Source: an uncultured Candidatus Entotheonella sp. (GTDB taxonomy: Bacteria > Tectomicrobia > Entotheonellia > Entotheonellales > Entotheonellaceae). From it: a stretch of 64,000 nucleotides of DNA. A program made the position numbers and the translations under genes. Below are positions 28,390 through 37,057 of this stretch, piece by piece. Under the pieces are notes generated by a model. It did no database searches. It worked only from the letters and a program-made list of their open reading frames with translations, and had not been told where the DNA came from. The DNA lies in NCBI GenBank assembly GCA_965215335.1, contig CBDCDA010000002.1, forward strand, positions 544,001 through 608,000, read 5' to 3'. Positions within the stretch are counted from its first letter, which is position 1. Every line of letters starts with the position of its first letter.

Positions 28390-29766
28390 TCATTCCCGCG
28401 CCAGCCGGAACCTCGATCGCCTCCTTCGCCTCTTGTGTCTCAGGTAGGCAATGTACAGCCGGCCGACAATGAGGACCATCACCACAACCGCCGCCCATAT
28501 GTAGAGTTTCTTCTTCTTGGGGTCGAGCAAATGCCAACCGTGGGTCAACACCTTTGGAAGACCCCCTCGCTGAACGGAGCTGTCGGCGATTAGCGATATG
28601 GATGTCAGCGGCCTGCCGTTCAGCCCGACCACGTATTCGCCAATCACCTGCTGGTCCTGCACCGGGGCAATCAGGTAGTCGGGCAACGTGTCGCGGCGTT
28701 CGAGCTTTTCCTTGAATTCATCAGGCACGATGAGCATCGGGTTGTGCTCCGCCACCACGCTGATGCTGTCCCTCTGGCCTTTGAACACCGGTAGCTCGAA
28801 CACCGCGCCGGGTTCCTGGAAGACGTCGACGAAGGCAAAACGACGGTATCCGTAGTTGAGCAGCTTGGCCGACTCCTCCGTGCGCACGGCAGGACTGGTC
28901 GCCCCCATGAGAACGGCAATCAAACGGCGCCCTTCCCGTTCAGCGGTGGACAGCAAATGATAGCCGGAGGCGGCGGTAAAACCGGTTTTCAGACCGTCGA
29001 CCGAGGAATCCCTCCGCAGCAGCCGGTTGCGGTTATACTGGCGTATGTCGGAGAAGGTGTACTCCGCAAGGGAATGATACCGCAGCGCTTGTGGGAAATC
29101 TCTCAGGTAGTGCATGGCCAACAGGGCCATGTCGCGGGCCGTGGTAAGTTGCCCGCGGCTTGGCAGCCCATGCGAATTGCTGAAGTGACTGTTCGCCATG
29201 CCCAGTTTGCCAGCCGTCTCGTTCATGATCTCGACGAACGCATCCTCACTGCCAAAGAAGTGCTCGGCTATCGCCACGCAGGCGTCGTTGCCGGACACGA
29301 CGGCGATGCCCTTGATCAGTTCTTCCAGCGGCACTCTTTCTCCCTCCCGAACGAACATTTTCGAGCCGCCTGTTCGCCAGGCTTTCTCGCTGATGAAGAC
29401 CTCGTCGCTGAGTGCCGCCTGACCCTTTCCAATGAGATCGAAGACGACGTACAACGTGAGTATCTTGGCAAAAGAGGCAGGAGGAATCTGCTCGTCCTCG
29501 TTCTGCTGCTGGAGGATCTTGCCGCTGGAGTATTCCACGAGCACGGAACTCTTGGCACGGACCGACAGGCCGCTCCCTGGTTCGAGCATCAGGTAGGGTT
29601 CCGGGATTTCAGGCTCGGGCCTGGCGACGGAAGCCGCGGAAGAGATCTCCGCACGTTCAGGAACGGTGGCTTCCGTGGGAGGCACGGGAGTGGGGGCCTC
29701 GTCCTGAGCGTGCAAGCAGCCGAAGAAGAATAGCACGAACAAGCCGCTTGGCAGCAACAACCGCAT
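28390..29766 (-). CDS. dacA: D-alanyl-D-alanine carboxypeptidase (PBP5/6 family)
   Basis: PASFAK (SxxK), SGNDA (SxN), GLKTG; C-terminal TM and basic tail. Confidence 0.9.
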   Translation of the reverse strand: MRLLLPSGLFVLFFFGCLHAQDEAPTPVPPTEATVPERAEISSAASVARPEPEIPEPYLMLEPGSGLSVRAKSSVLVEYSSGKILQQQNEDEQIPPASFAKILTLYVVFDLIGKGQAALSDEVFISEKAWRTGGSKMFVREGERVPLEELIKGIAVVSGNDACVAIAEHFFGSEDAFVEIMNETAGKLGMANSHFSNSHGLPSRGQLTTARDMALLAMHYLRDFPQALRYHSLAEYTFSDIRQYNRNRLLRRDSSVDGLKTGFTAASGYHLLSTAEREGRRLIAVLMGATSPAVRTEESAKLLNYGYRRFAFVDVFQEPGAVFELPVFKGQRDSISVVAEHNPMLIVPDEFKEKLERRDTLPDYLIAPVQDQQVIGEYVVGLNGRPLTSISLIADSSVQRGGLPKVLTHGWHLLDPKKKKLYIWAAVVVMVLIVGRLYIAYLRHKRRRRRSRFRLARE

Positions 29767-29837
29767 GAGGCGGCGATTCCGGGAATCAGTCACGTGCAAT
29801 TCCTCTTTCGGATGTCCTTGCCGTCGTGTGCATCGTG

Positions 29838-30260
29838 CTACCCCGCTGTCTCGGCAAAGCGAACCTGGTCACCGTACGTCTCGATGAAAGACTCGAAGCG
29901 GGCGACATTGTCGGGGATGAGGGTCTTGCCTTGGCCCCAATCGTAGAAGCTGGGGAAGTACCAGACGAGGAGCGGCTCACCATGGGCTTCGGCAGTTTTG
30001 AAGAACACCAGATGCGGCGTCTGTCCCTCCGAACGACGCACCGCGGCCGCCTGCAGGGTCTGCCGTCTGAGGTGCAGATGGCTGCGTGCCTCGGGCCTCT
30101 CGGCGTTGGCATGATACACCGTCAGCCACTCCCGATAGGGATGCAGATACATGTCTTGCCCGCGCAGTTCCATGGAGCCGTGCTCATTTTGCAGGATGAA
30201 GGTGCCGCCCATGTCGATCAACCGCTCCAGGAAATCGTGAAGTGTCGTCGTCCTTGCCAT
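29838..30260 (-). CDS. HutX/ChuX/HemS-like putative heme-binding protein
   Basis: FILQNEHGSMELRG and SHLHL resemble heme utilisation carrier folds; GGAGG RBS. Confidence 0.5.
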   Translation of the reverse strand: MARTTTLHDFLERLIDMGGTFILQNEHGSMELRGQDMYLHPYREWLTVYHANAERPEARSHLHLRRQTLQAAAVRRSEGQTPHLVFFKTAEAHGEPLLVWYFPSFYDWGQGKTLIPDNVARFESFIETYGDQVRFAETAG

Positions 30261-30377
30261 GCCACACCCTCCCTGAGGACCACGCTACGACGGGACGTCA
30301 AACAGCCTGGGACCCGTCAGCACGTGGCTCTGCCAGTGCTGCCAACTCAGGAGATCCTCCCCTGGCAACTTGCATTG

Positions 30378-30791
30378 TCAAAAGGTAGCCGCCTGCTCAA
30401 AGAAGGTGACGTCGACCCGCGCCGTTCCCTCTTGCCGGGCCTGCTCGGCCACTTTCTGAACCACCATCTGGCGCACGAAGGGAATGGGAATGCGGCCCAC
30501 ACGATGCACCACGTCCTGGGTGCAAGGAACCGAAGTGCCGGGCAGATACGGGCCGTCCGCCGCCGGCTCGGTGTCATGCTCGCAGGTGTGGGGCACCAAC
30601 TCCTGCAGGCGCAGGGAAACGTAATCCGTCACCCAATGCTGGATACCCTCGGCGACCTTGCCGGTATCAATGCGCTGCTGTTCGAGCTGCTGCGAAAAGC
30701 CGATCAACAATTCCTGAACGCGCGTCAATTGCTCCTGCATGGCGTCCAAACGGCTTCCAAGCCCCTGGGTCTCCGTGCTTTGCATGTTCAT
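30378..30791 (-). CDS. coiled-coil protein with C-terminal PCP_red-like domain
   Basis: heptad-rich N-terminus; RVGRIPIPFVRQMVVQKVAEQARQEG; AGGAGA RBS. Confidence 0.7.
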   Translation of the reverse strand: MNMQSTETQGLGSRLDAMQEQLTRVQELLIGFSQQLEQQRIDTGKVAEGIQHWVTDYVSLRLQELVPHTCEHDTEPAADGPYLPGTSVPCTQDVVHRVGRIPIPFVRQMVVQKVAEQARQEGTARVDVTFFEQAATF

Positions 30792-30850
30792 TGTCTCCTT
30801 CTGGGGGAAGCTTTGTCTGTGGCACGAAACAATTGGGGGTCGAGCGAAGC

Positions 30851-32209
30851 TCACGACCGCTTGGGACGGAAGCGTGCACCCCACGTCTGGCGAATCTCGG
30901 TCAGCAACTCGGGAGTTATCTCTCCGTGACCATGCGAGCGAGCATAGGCTTCCACACCCTTCACCACCATGCCGCGGGCGAATGAGGGAATCGCCTTGAG
31001 CCGTTCACGGGCCGCCGGCTGCCAAACCAGTTCCTGTTTCACCTCCAGGCCGAACGTTTGCGACGCCGGAAGCTCGATCACCTCCCCGCCGTGTCGCCCT
31101 GGCTGGTAGGCGCAGGCGGGATCTTCGGCCAAATAATCGCCGTAGGTGGCATAGGCGCGGCAGCGGCAGCCGCCGCAGATTTTGCCGAACTCGCAGGCGC
31201 CGCAGCGCCCCCCGAGTTCCGGCTCGCGCAAGTCTTCGAAAACGTTGGACCGATTCCACAGATCGGCGAACGACGTCTGGCGCAGGTTGCCCGCCACGAC
31301 CGGCATATAGGGGCACGGCGTCACGTCGCCGCGCGGCGTGATACGGCAGTAGTATTTGCCGGCCGGGCAAGAGCCGTGCGCGTAATTCCTGAGCAACGGC
31401 GAGCTGGGGTCGAACTCCCAGACGATGCGGCGAAAGTGTGGGGCGCATTTGGCGCGGATAAGGAGCTTGCCGGCCGCGCCGACCGGCATGCTCCATGGTT
31501 CTTCCTGCCTGCTGAAAACCGATGCTGTCTCACTGCCGCCATCTTCGCCAACCCCTTGGGCACGCGCCAGGGACGTCAGGATGGCCTCGTACTGTTCGGC
31601 ACTGATGTCCGTCAGGTTCTCGCCCCGTCCGGTTCGTACCAGAAAGAAGAAATTGAGCACGTTGGCGCCCAGGTCGTTGGCCAGATCGACCATCGCCGGG
31701 ATCTCGTCGACGTTCCAGTCGGTCACCGACATGTGCAACGAAAAGTCCAGGCCCTCGTCCTTTAGCACCCGCGTCGCCCGCACGGCGCCTTCCCAGGACC
31801 CAGCCTGCTGGCGAAAGGCGTCGTGTTTGTCGGCGCGCGTGGAGTCCAGGCTGATCGAAGCGCCGAGAACGCCGCTCCGCCGCATCGACTTGGCTTGCTT
31901 CTCCCGCAACAGCACGCCGTTGGTACCCAGAACGACCGTGAAATCCCGCTCCGCCCCGTAAGCGGCCAAGTCGAAGATGTCTCTGCGCAACAGCGGTTCG
32001 CCACCGGTAAGGATGAGAAAGACGTTGGGATTGACCCGGGCGATATCGTCCATCACGCGGTAGCACTCAGCCGTCGTCAATTCGTTTGCGGTATCGGCAC
32101 CGACGGAGGCACTGATATAACAGTGCGCACAGAACAGGTTACACCGCTGCGTAAGGTTCCAGGAAACCGAATAGGCTTTGTAGACCATAGGGCTGTCCGT
32201 CTTGCTCAA
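30851..32209 (-). CDS. radical SAM/SPASM heme biosynthesis protein (AhbD/AhbC/NirJ-like) with C-terminal PCP_red domain
   Basis: WNLTQRCNLFCAHCY; CAPH; CPAG...PCP; GRCGACEF...CGGCRCRA...DPAC; tail WQPAARERLKAIPSFARGMV. Confidence 0.85.
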   Translation of the reverse strand: MSKTDSPMVYKAYSVSWNLTQRCNLFCAHCYISASVGADTANELTTAECYRVMDDIARVNPNVFLILTGGEPLLRRDIFDLAAYGAERDFTVVLGTNGVLLREKQAKSMRRSGVLGASISLDSTRADKHDAFRQQAGSWEGAVRATRVLKDEGLDFSLHMSVTDWNVDEIPAMVDLANDLGANVLNFFFLVRTGRGENLTDISAEQYEAILTSLARAQGVGEDGGSETASVFSRQEEPWSMPVGAAGKLLIRAKCAPHFRRIVWEFDPSSPLLRNYAHGSCPAGKYYCRITPRGDVTPCPYMPVVAGNLRQTSFADLWNRSNVFEDLREPELGGRCGACEFGKICGGCRCRAYATYGDYLAEDPACAYQPGRHGGEVIELPASQTFGLEVKQELVWQPAARERLKAIPSFARGMVVKGVEAYARSHGHGEITPELLTEIRQTWGARFRPKRS

Positions 32210-34299
32210 CGCTCCTCGCCAAAATGTTTCAGGTCTTCCGGGCCTTCCTGCGTCATCACCACGCCCTCTCCCTGGACCATTTGGCGAACCGACTCCACCA
32301 CTTCGGGGTTCGCCAGCGTGGTCACGTCGCCAATGTCCATGGTATTCGAGATCGCCGCCAGCACCCGGCGCATGATCTTTCCGGAACGCGTCTTGGGCAT
32401 GTCCGGCACGATGTACACATGCTTCGGCCGCGCTATCTTGCCGATGATCGTCTCGATGGCCTCGGTCACCTTCGCTTCGATGGCCGGATTGGGGTCGAAA
32501 CCAGGCTTCAGCGATACATACATGTCCGGCACCCGCCCCCGAATGTCGTCCGCCACCGGCACGACCGCGGCCTCGGCGATCTCCTCCACCGTCAGGCCGG
32601 CGGATTCGAGCTCCTTGGTGCCCAGGCGATGACCGGCGACGTTGATGACGTCATCGACGCGGCCCAGGATGCGGTAATAGCCGTCGGCAGACCGCATGGC
32701 CCCGTCACCGGTGAAGTACGGCCAGTCGCGCCAGTCCTTGCTCTCGGGATTCTTGCAGTACTTGCCGTAGTAGGTCGATACGTAACGCTCGCGGTCGCCC
32801 CAGATCGTCTGGAACCCGCCCGGCCAGGGATTGCGGATGCAAATGTTGCCAGCCTTGCCCGACCCTGCCGGCACCTCATCGCCGTTTTCGTCGTAGATGA
32901 CCGGATGAATGCCCGGCATGCTGGGCCCTGCGCTGCCAGCCTTCATGGCCTGCAGGGCGGGCAGCGTGCTGCACAGGAAACCGCCGGTTTCGGTCTGCCA
33001 CCAAGTGTCGCAAATGACAGCCTCGCGCTTGCCGACCACGTTGTAGTACCACTGCCACACCTCGGGCTCGATGGGCTCACCAACCGTGGTCATGTGTTTG
33101 AAGTGGTACTTGTATTTCTGCGGCTCCTCAGGGCCGGCCTTGCGCAGCATGCGAATGGTGGTGGGGGCGGTATGGAAGATATTGACCGCCAAGCGCTCGG
33201 CGATGCGCCAAGCCCGCCCAGCGTCAGGATAGGTGGGGACGCCCTCGTACATGACGGTGGTAGCGGCCAGAGACAACGGGCCATAGACGATATAGGAGTG
33301 TCCGGTGATCCAGCCGATATCTGCCATGCACCAGTACACGTCCTCGGGGTGAATGTCCTGCACGTACTTGGAGGTGCCGGCCACGTAAGAAAGATAGCCG
33401 CCCGTGCTGTGCTGGCAGCCTTTGGGGCGCCCGGTCGTTCCACTGGTATACATTAGGAACAACGGCTCCTCGGCCGCCAGCGCCACGGGCTCGACCCGGC
33501 TGCCAGCGTAGGCTTTCAACTCGTCGTCCGCGAAATAGTCACGCCCGTCCTGCATCGGCGTGGCGGAATGGTACTGGCCGGGATAACGCCGCCACACCAG
33601 AACCTTGTCGACTGCCTGGCCTTGCTCAGCCGCCGCCTTCACCGCCTCGTCCGCCTTTTCCTTGTGATCCAGAAGCGTGCCGCTGCGGTAATAACTGTCC
33701 ATCGTGACCAGGACCCGACTACCGGAATCGGCAAGACGCTCGCCGCAGGACTTGCCGCTGAAGCCGCCGAACACTACCGAATGAATGGCGCCCAATCTGG
33801 CACAGGCCAGCATGGTGACCGGCAGTTCCGGCACCATTGGCATGTGAATGGTCACCCGGTCACCTGCCTTGACACCGGCAAAATCCCGCAACGCGGCGGC
33901 AAATTCGTTCACCCGCACATACAGTTCTTGAAAGGTGATCGCAACATGGGCTTCATCTTCCGGTTCCGGCACATAAAGAATAGCGGCTTTATTTCTGTGC
34001 CTTGTCAAATGGCGGTCAATACAATTGTGGGAAACATTAAGCTTGCCACCTACAAACCATTTCCAGCACGGGGCATCACTGGTATCCAGCATGGTGTGCC
34101 AGTACTCATGCCAGTGGAGAAGATCGGCGTATTCCTTGAAACATTCGGGAAATCGGTCAAGCCCGAAGCGATCGTGAATATGCGGGTCGGTCATGTTCGC
34201 CTGGGCGACAAACTGCGCCGATGGTTGAATATAAGCTTCTTCCTTCCAATGCACGGCGATCTGCGCTTCACTCGTCGCCACGACTTCCGGGTCGCTCAT
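32206..34299 (-). CDS. acs: acetyl-CoA synthetase
   Basis: YTSGTTGRPKG, DTWWQTETG, PKTRSGKIMRR. Confidence 0.96.
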   Translation of the reverse strand: MSDPEVVATSEAQIAVHWKEEAYIQPSAQFVAQANMTDPHIHDRFGLDRFPECFKEYADLLHWHEYWHTMLDTSDAPCWKWFVGGKLNVSHNCIDRHLTRHRNKAAILYVPEPEDEAHVAITFQELYVRVNEFAAALRDFAGVKAGDRVTIHMPMVPELPVTMLACARLGAIHSVVFGGFSGKSCGERLADSGSRVLVTMDSYYRSGTLLDHKEKADEAVKAAAEQGQAVDKVLVWRRYPGQYHSATPMQDGRDYFADDELKAYAGSRVEPVALAAEEPLFLMYTSGTTGRPKGCQHSTGGYLSYVAGTSKYVQDIHPEDVYWCMADIGWITGHSYIVYGPLSLAATTVMYEGVPTYPDAGRAWRIAERLAVNIFHTAPTTIRMLRKAGPEEPQKYKYHFKHMTTVGEPIEPEVWQWYYNVVGKREAVICDTWWQTETGGFLCSTLPALQAMKAGSAGPSMPGIHPVIYDENGDEVPAGSGKAGNICIRNPWPGGFQTIWGDRERYVSTYYGKYCKNPESKDWRDWPYFTGDGAMRSADGYYRILGRVDDVINVAGHRLGTKELESAGLTVEEIAEAAVVPVADDIRGRVPDMYVSLKPGFDPNPAIEAKVTEAIETIIGKIARPKHVYIVPDMPKTRSGKIMRRVLAAISNTMDIGDVTTLANPEVVESVRQMVQGEGVVMTQEGPEDLKHFGEER

Positions 34300-34582
34300 C
34301 TCTTCTCTCCTGAACCTGCAGACCGAGCCGATTCCAGGGGCCGAATCAAGCCCCAGTGCTCCCAGCGCGCCCCCATGACAGCGAGGCATGGTAATAGATT
34401 GCCAAGAGACCTGTCAACCGCCCTGTCGTGTGCCGAAAAGGACCGTCTGCCGCTGCCTTGAAGCTGTTCATGAGGTCTTCTGAAGCAAGGCACAGGCTTG
34501 ACTTTCAGAAGACTGCTTGCTAGGGTCGCGGCCCGTCGGCCTGTGAACCAAACGATACCTTTGTTGAACCATAGACGACGAT

Positions 34583-36754
34583 ATGATGCTGACCATTGAT
34601 TCAGTTATCGCCGCAGTTGAGCAATATCATCCGCGGGCGGATACGGACCTGATCCGCCGAGCCTATCTCTTTGCCGCAGAAGCCCACAAGCATCAAAAAC
34701 GCAAATCCGGCATCCCCTACATCTCGCATCCCCTGGAAGTCGCATCCATTTTGACCGAACTGCAGATGGACGCCATGACCATCGCCAGCGCGCTGCTGCA
34801 CGACACCATTGAGGATACCGACGCCGGCGAGGACCAGATCGTGGCGACCTTCAGCCCCGAGGTCGCCGTGCTTGTCTCTGGTGTCACCAAGCTGAGCAAG
34901 CTCGAGTTCTTCAGCCAGGAGGAGCGGCAGGCGGAAAGCTTCCGCAAGATGCTGGTCGCCATGGCCAAGGATATCCGCGTGATTCTGGTCAAGCTTGCCG
35001 ACCGGCTGCACAACCTGCGCACCCTGGAACACATGGCGGGCCACAAGCAGTGCCTCATTGCCCGCGAAACGCTGGAAATCTACGCCCCCCTGGCCCATCG
35101 TCTCGGCATTACCTGGATGAAGGCCGAGCTGGAAGACCTTTCTTTCTTTTACCTGCACCCACGAGCGTATCAGGAAATCGAGGCGCAGTTCGCAGGCGAG
35201 CAGGACGCGCGAGAACGCTACTTGACGCAGGTGCAGAAAACGGTAGCCAAAGAACTCGCGCAGATGACCATCAGTTGCAGGCTTTCCGGGCGGCCCAAGC
35301 ATTACTACAGCATTTACCAGAAGATGCAGCGCCAGCAACTGCCGTTCGAGGAAGTCCACGACCTGCTGGCCGTGCGGGTCATCACCGACACCGTGCACAA
35401 CTGCTACGCCATCCTGGGCGTCATCCACGCCCTCTGGAAGCCCATCCCCGGACGCTTCAAGGACTACATCGCCCTTCCCAAGCCCAACATGTACCAGTCC
35501 CTGCACACCACCGTGCTGGGCCCCGAGCGCCAGCGCGTCGAGCTGCAGATCCGCACCGAGGAAATGCACCGCACGGCAGAAGAAGGCATCGCGGCGCATT
35601 GGCACTACAAGGAACACGGCTCGACCGAAGAGAACGACGAGCACTTCGCCTGGCTGCGGCGGCTGATGGAGTGGCAACAGGACGTCAAGGATCCCATCGA
35701 GTTCATGGAAACGCTCAAGATCGACATGTTTCCAGAAGAAGTCTACGTCTTTACGCCGCGCGGCGAGGTCAAGACGTTCCCGCGCGGCGCCACGGCGGTG
35801 GATTTCGCCTATTCCGTGCATACCGACGTGGGACACCAGTGCACGGGCGCCAAGGCAAACGGCCGCATGGTGCCGCTGCGCTATCAATTGCGCAACGGCG
35901 ATACCATCGAGGTCCTCACCTCTGCCTCACACGCGCCGAACCGCGACTGGCTCCGCTGGGTGGTGACGTCACGCGCCCGCACGCGTGTCAAGGCCTGGCT
36001 CAAGTCGGAAGACAAGGAGAGAAGCATCGCCCTGGGCATGCGCAACCTGGAACACGAAATCCGCAAGTACACGCCGAATCCACAACCCTATGTGAAACCG
36101 GACGCCCTGCTCGCCGCCGCCCCGGCATTCGGCTGCCACAGGGCAAACGATCTGCTGGAGGCCGTGGGTTACGGACGCGTGTCGGCCCTGCAGGTCGCGC
36201 ATCGCTTGTTGCCGCCGGATTTGATCGAGGAGAAAAGGAAGCCGAGCAAGCCAGCGGCGCCGTCTGGTCGCCAGCAACCGCGCAGCGAGGGGGTGAAGGT
36301 GCACGGGATCACCGACGTCCTCATCAATTTCGCCCGCTGCTGCAGCCCCCTCCCCGGCGACGGCATCGTCGGCTACGTGACGCGCGGGCGCGGCGTCAGC
36401 ATCCACACCACGGACTGTGAAAGCACCCGAAAGCTGGAATACGACGCGGAGAGGCGCACGTCCGTCTCGTGGGACGACGCTGGCGAGACCCTGCACCCGG
36501 CGGGAATCGCGCTGGTGACGCACGACGAACAGGGCGTGCTGGCGAGTGTCAGCGCCGCCATTTCAACGTGCAAGGTGAATATCAGTCGATTCACCACAAC
36601 GACCACCATGGAGAAAAAAGCCTACATGGATGTGACGGTGGATGTCCGCGACGTGCGCCATCTGAACGAGGTCATTCGCCGGATTGAAGGCGTTCGGGGT
36701 GTGCTTTCGGTGGAACGCGCCAGGAATGTCAGGCGGGGCAATTGGCATACGTGA
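34583..36754 (+). CDS. relA: bifunctional (p)ppGpp synthetase/hydrolase (long RSH)
   Basis: HD domain (LLHDTIED), YQSLHT, TGS and ACT domains. Confidence 0.96.
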   Translation: MMLTIDSVIAAVEQYHPRADTDLIRRAYLFAAEAHKHQKRKSGIPYISHPLEVASILTELQMDAMTIASALLHDTIEDTDAGEDQIVATFSPEVAVLVSGVTKLSKLEFFSQEERQAESFRKMLVAMAKDIRVILVKLADRLHNLRTLEHMAGHKQCLIARETLEIYAPLAHRLGITWMKAELEDLSFFYLHPRAYQEIEAQFAGEQDARERYLTQVQKTVAKELAQMTISCRLSGRPKHYYSIYQKMQRQQLPFEEVHDLLAVRVITDTVHNCYAILGVIHALWKPIPGRFKDYIALPKPNMYQSLHTTVLGPERQRVELQIRTEEMHRTAEEGIAAHWHYKEHGSTEENDEHFAWLRRLMEWQQDVKDPIEFMETLKIDMFPEEVYVFTPRGEVKTFPRGATAVDFAYSVHTDVGHQCTGAKANGRMVPLRYQLRNGDTIEVLTSASHAPNRDWLRWVVTSRARTRVKAWLKSEDKERSIALGMRNLEHEIRKYTPNPQPYVKPDALLAAAPAFGCHRANDLLEAVGYGRVSALQVAHRLLPPDLIEEKRKPSKPAAPSGRQQPRSEGVKVHGITDVLINFARCCSPLPGDGIVGYVTRGRGVSIHTTDCESTRKLEYDAERRTSVSWDDAGETLHPAGIALVTHDEQGVLASVSAAISTCKVNISRFTTTTTMEKKAYMDVTVDVRDVRHLNEVIRRIEGVRGVLSVERARNVRRGNWHT

Positions 36755-36760
36755 GAGGAT

Positions 36761-36955
36761 TCAAGAAGGCTTGCGCACCTTGCCGGAACGCAGGCAGCGC
36801 GTACAGACCTTCAGGCGCTTGGCGTGGCCGCTGGCCGTCTGCACCCGCATCTGCTGCAGGTTGGGATTCCAGCGCCGCTTGGTGAGGTTGTGGGCGTGGC
36901 TGATGTTATGGCCAAATCGTGGTCCCTTGCCGCAGATGTCACAGCTTCTGGCCAT
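36761..36955 (-). CDS. rpmB: 50S ribosomal protein L28 (Zn-ribbon type)
   Basis: CDICGK...ISHA...[10 protein letters not shown]...CTRC. Confidence 0.97.
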   Translation of the reverse strand: MARSCDICGKGPRFGHNISHAHNLTKRRWNPNLQQMRVQTASGHAKRLKVCTRCLRSGKVRKPS

Positions 36956-37057
36956 GGCTGCTTCCTTTCATGAACCCGAGACCGTCCGTTGTTTTGCTGA
37001 ATCCGGAAAGTAAGCGTCAAGGCTAGCATATTCTCCCGGCGGCCGCAACAACGCACC

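Noticed and set aside
23742..28472. 1576-aa + strand ORF
   Set aside because: Antisense shadow of glcF, NHL, DUF1501 and DUF1800, which carry the recognisable motifs; long shadow ORFs are expected at high GC.
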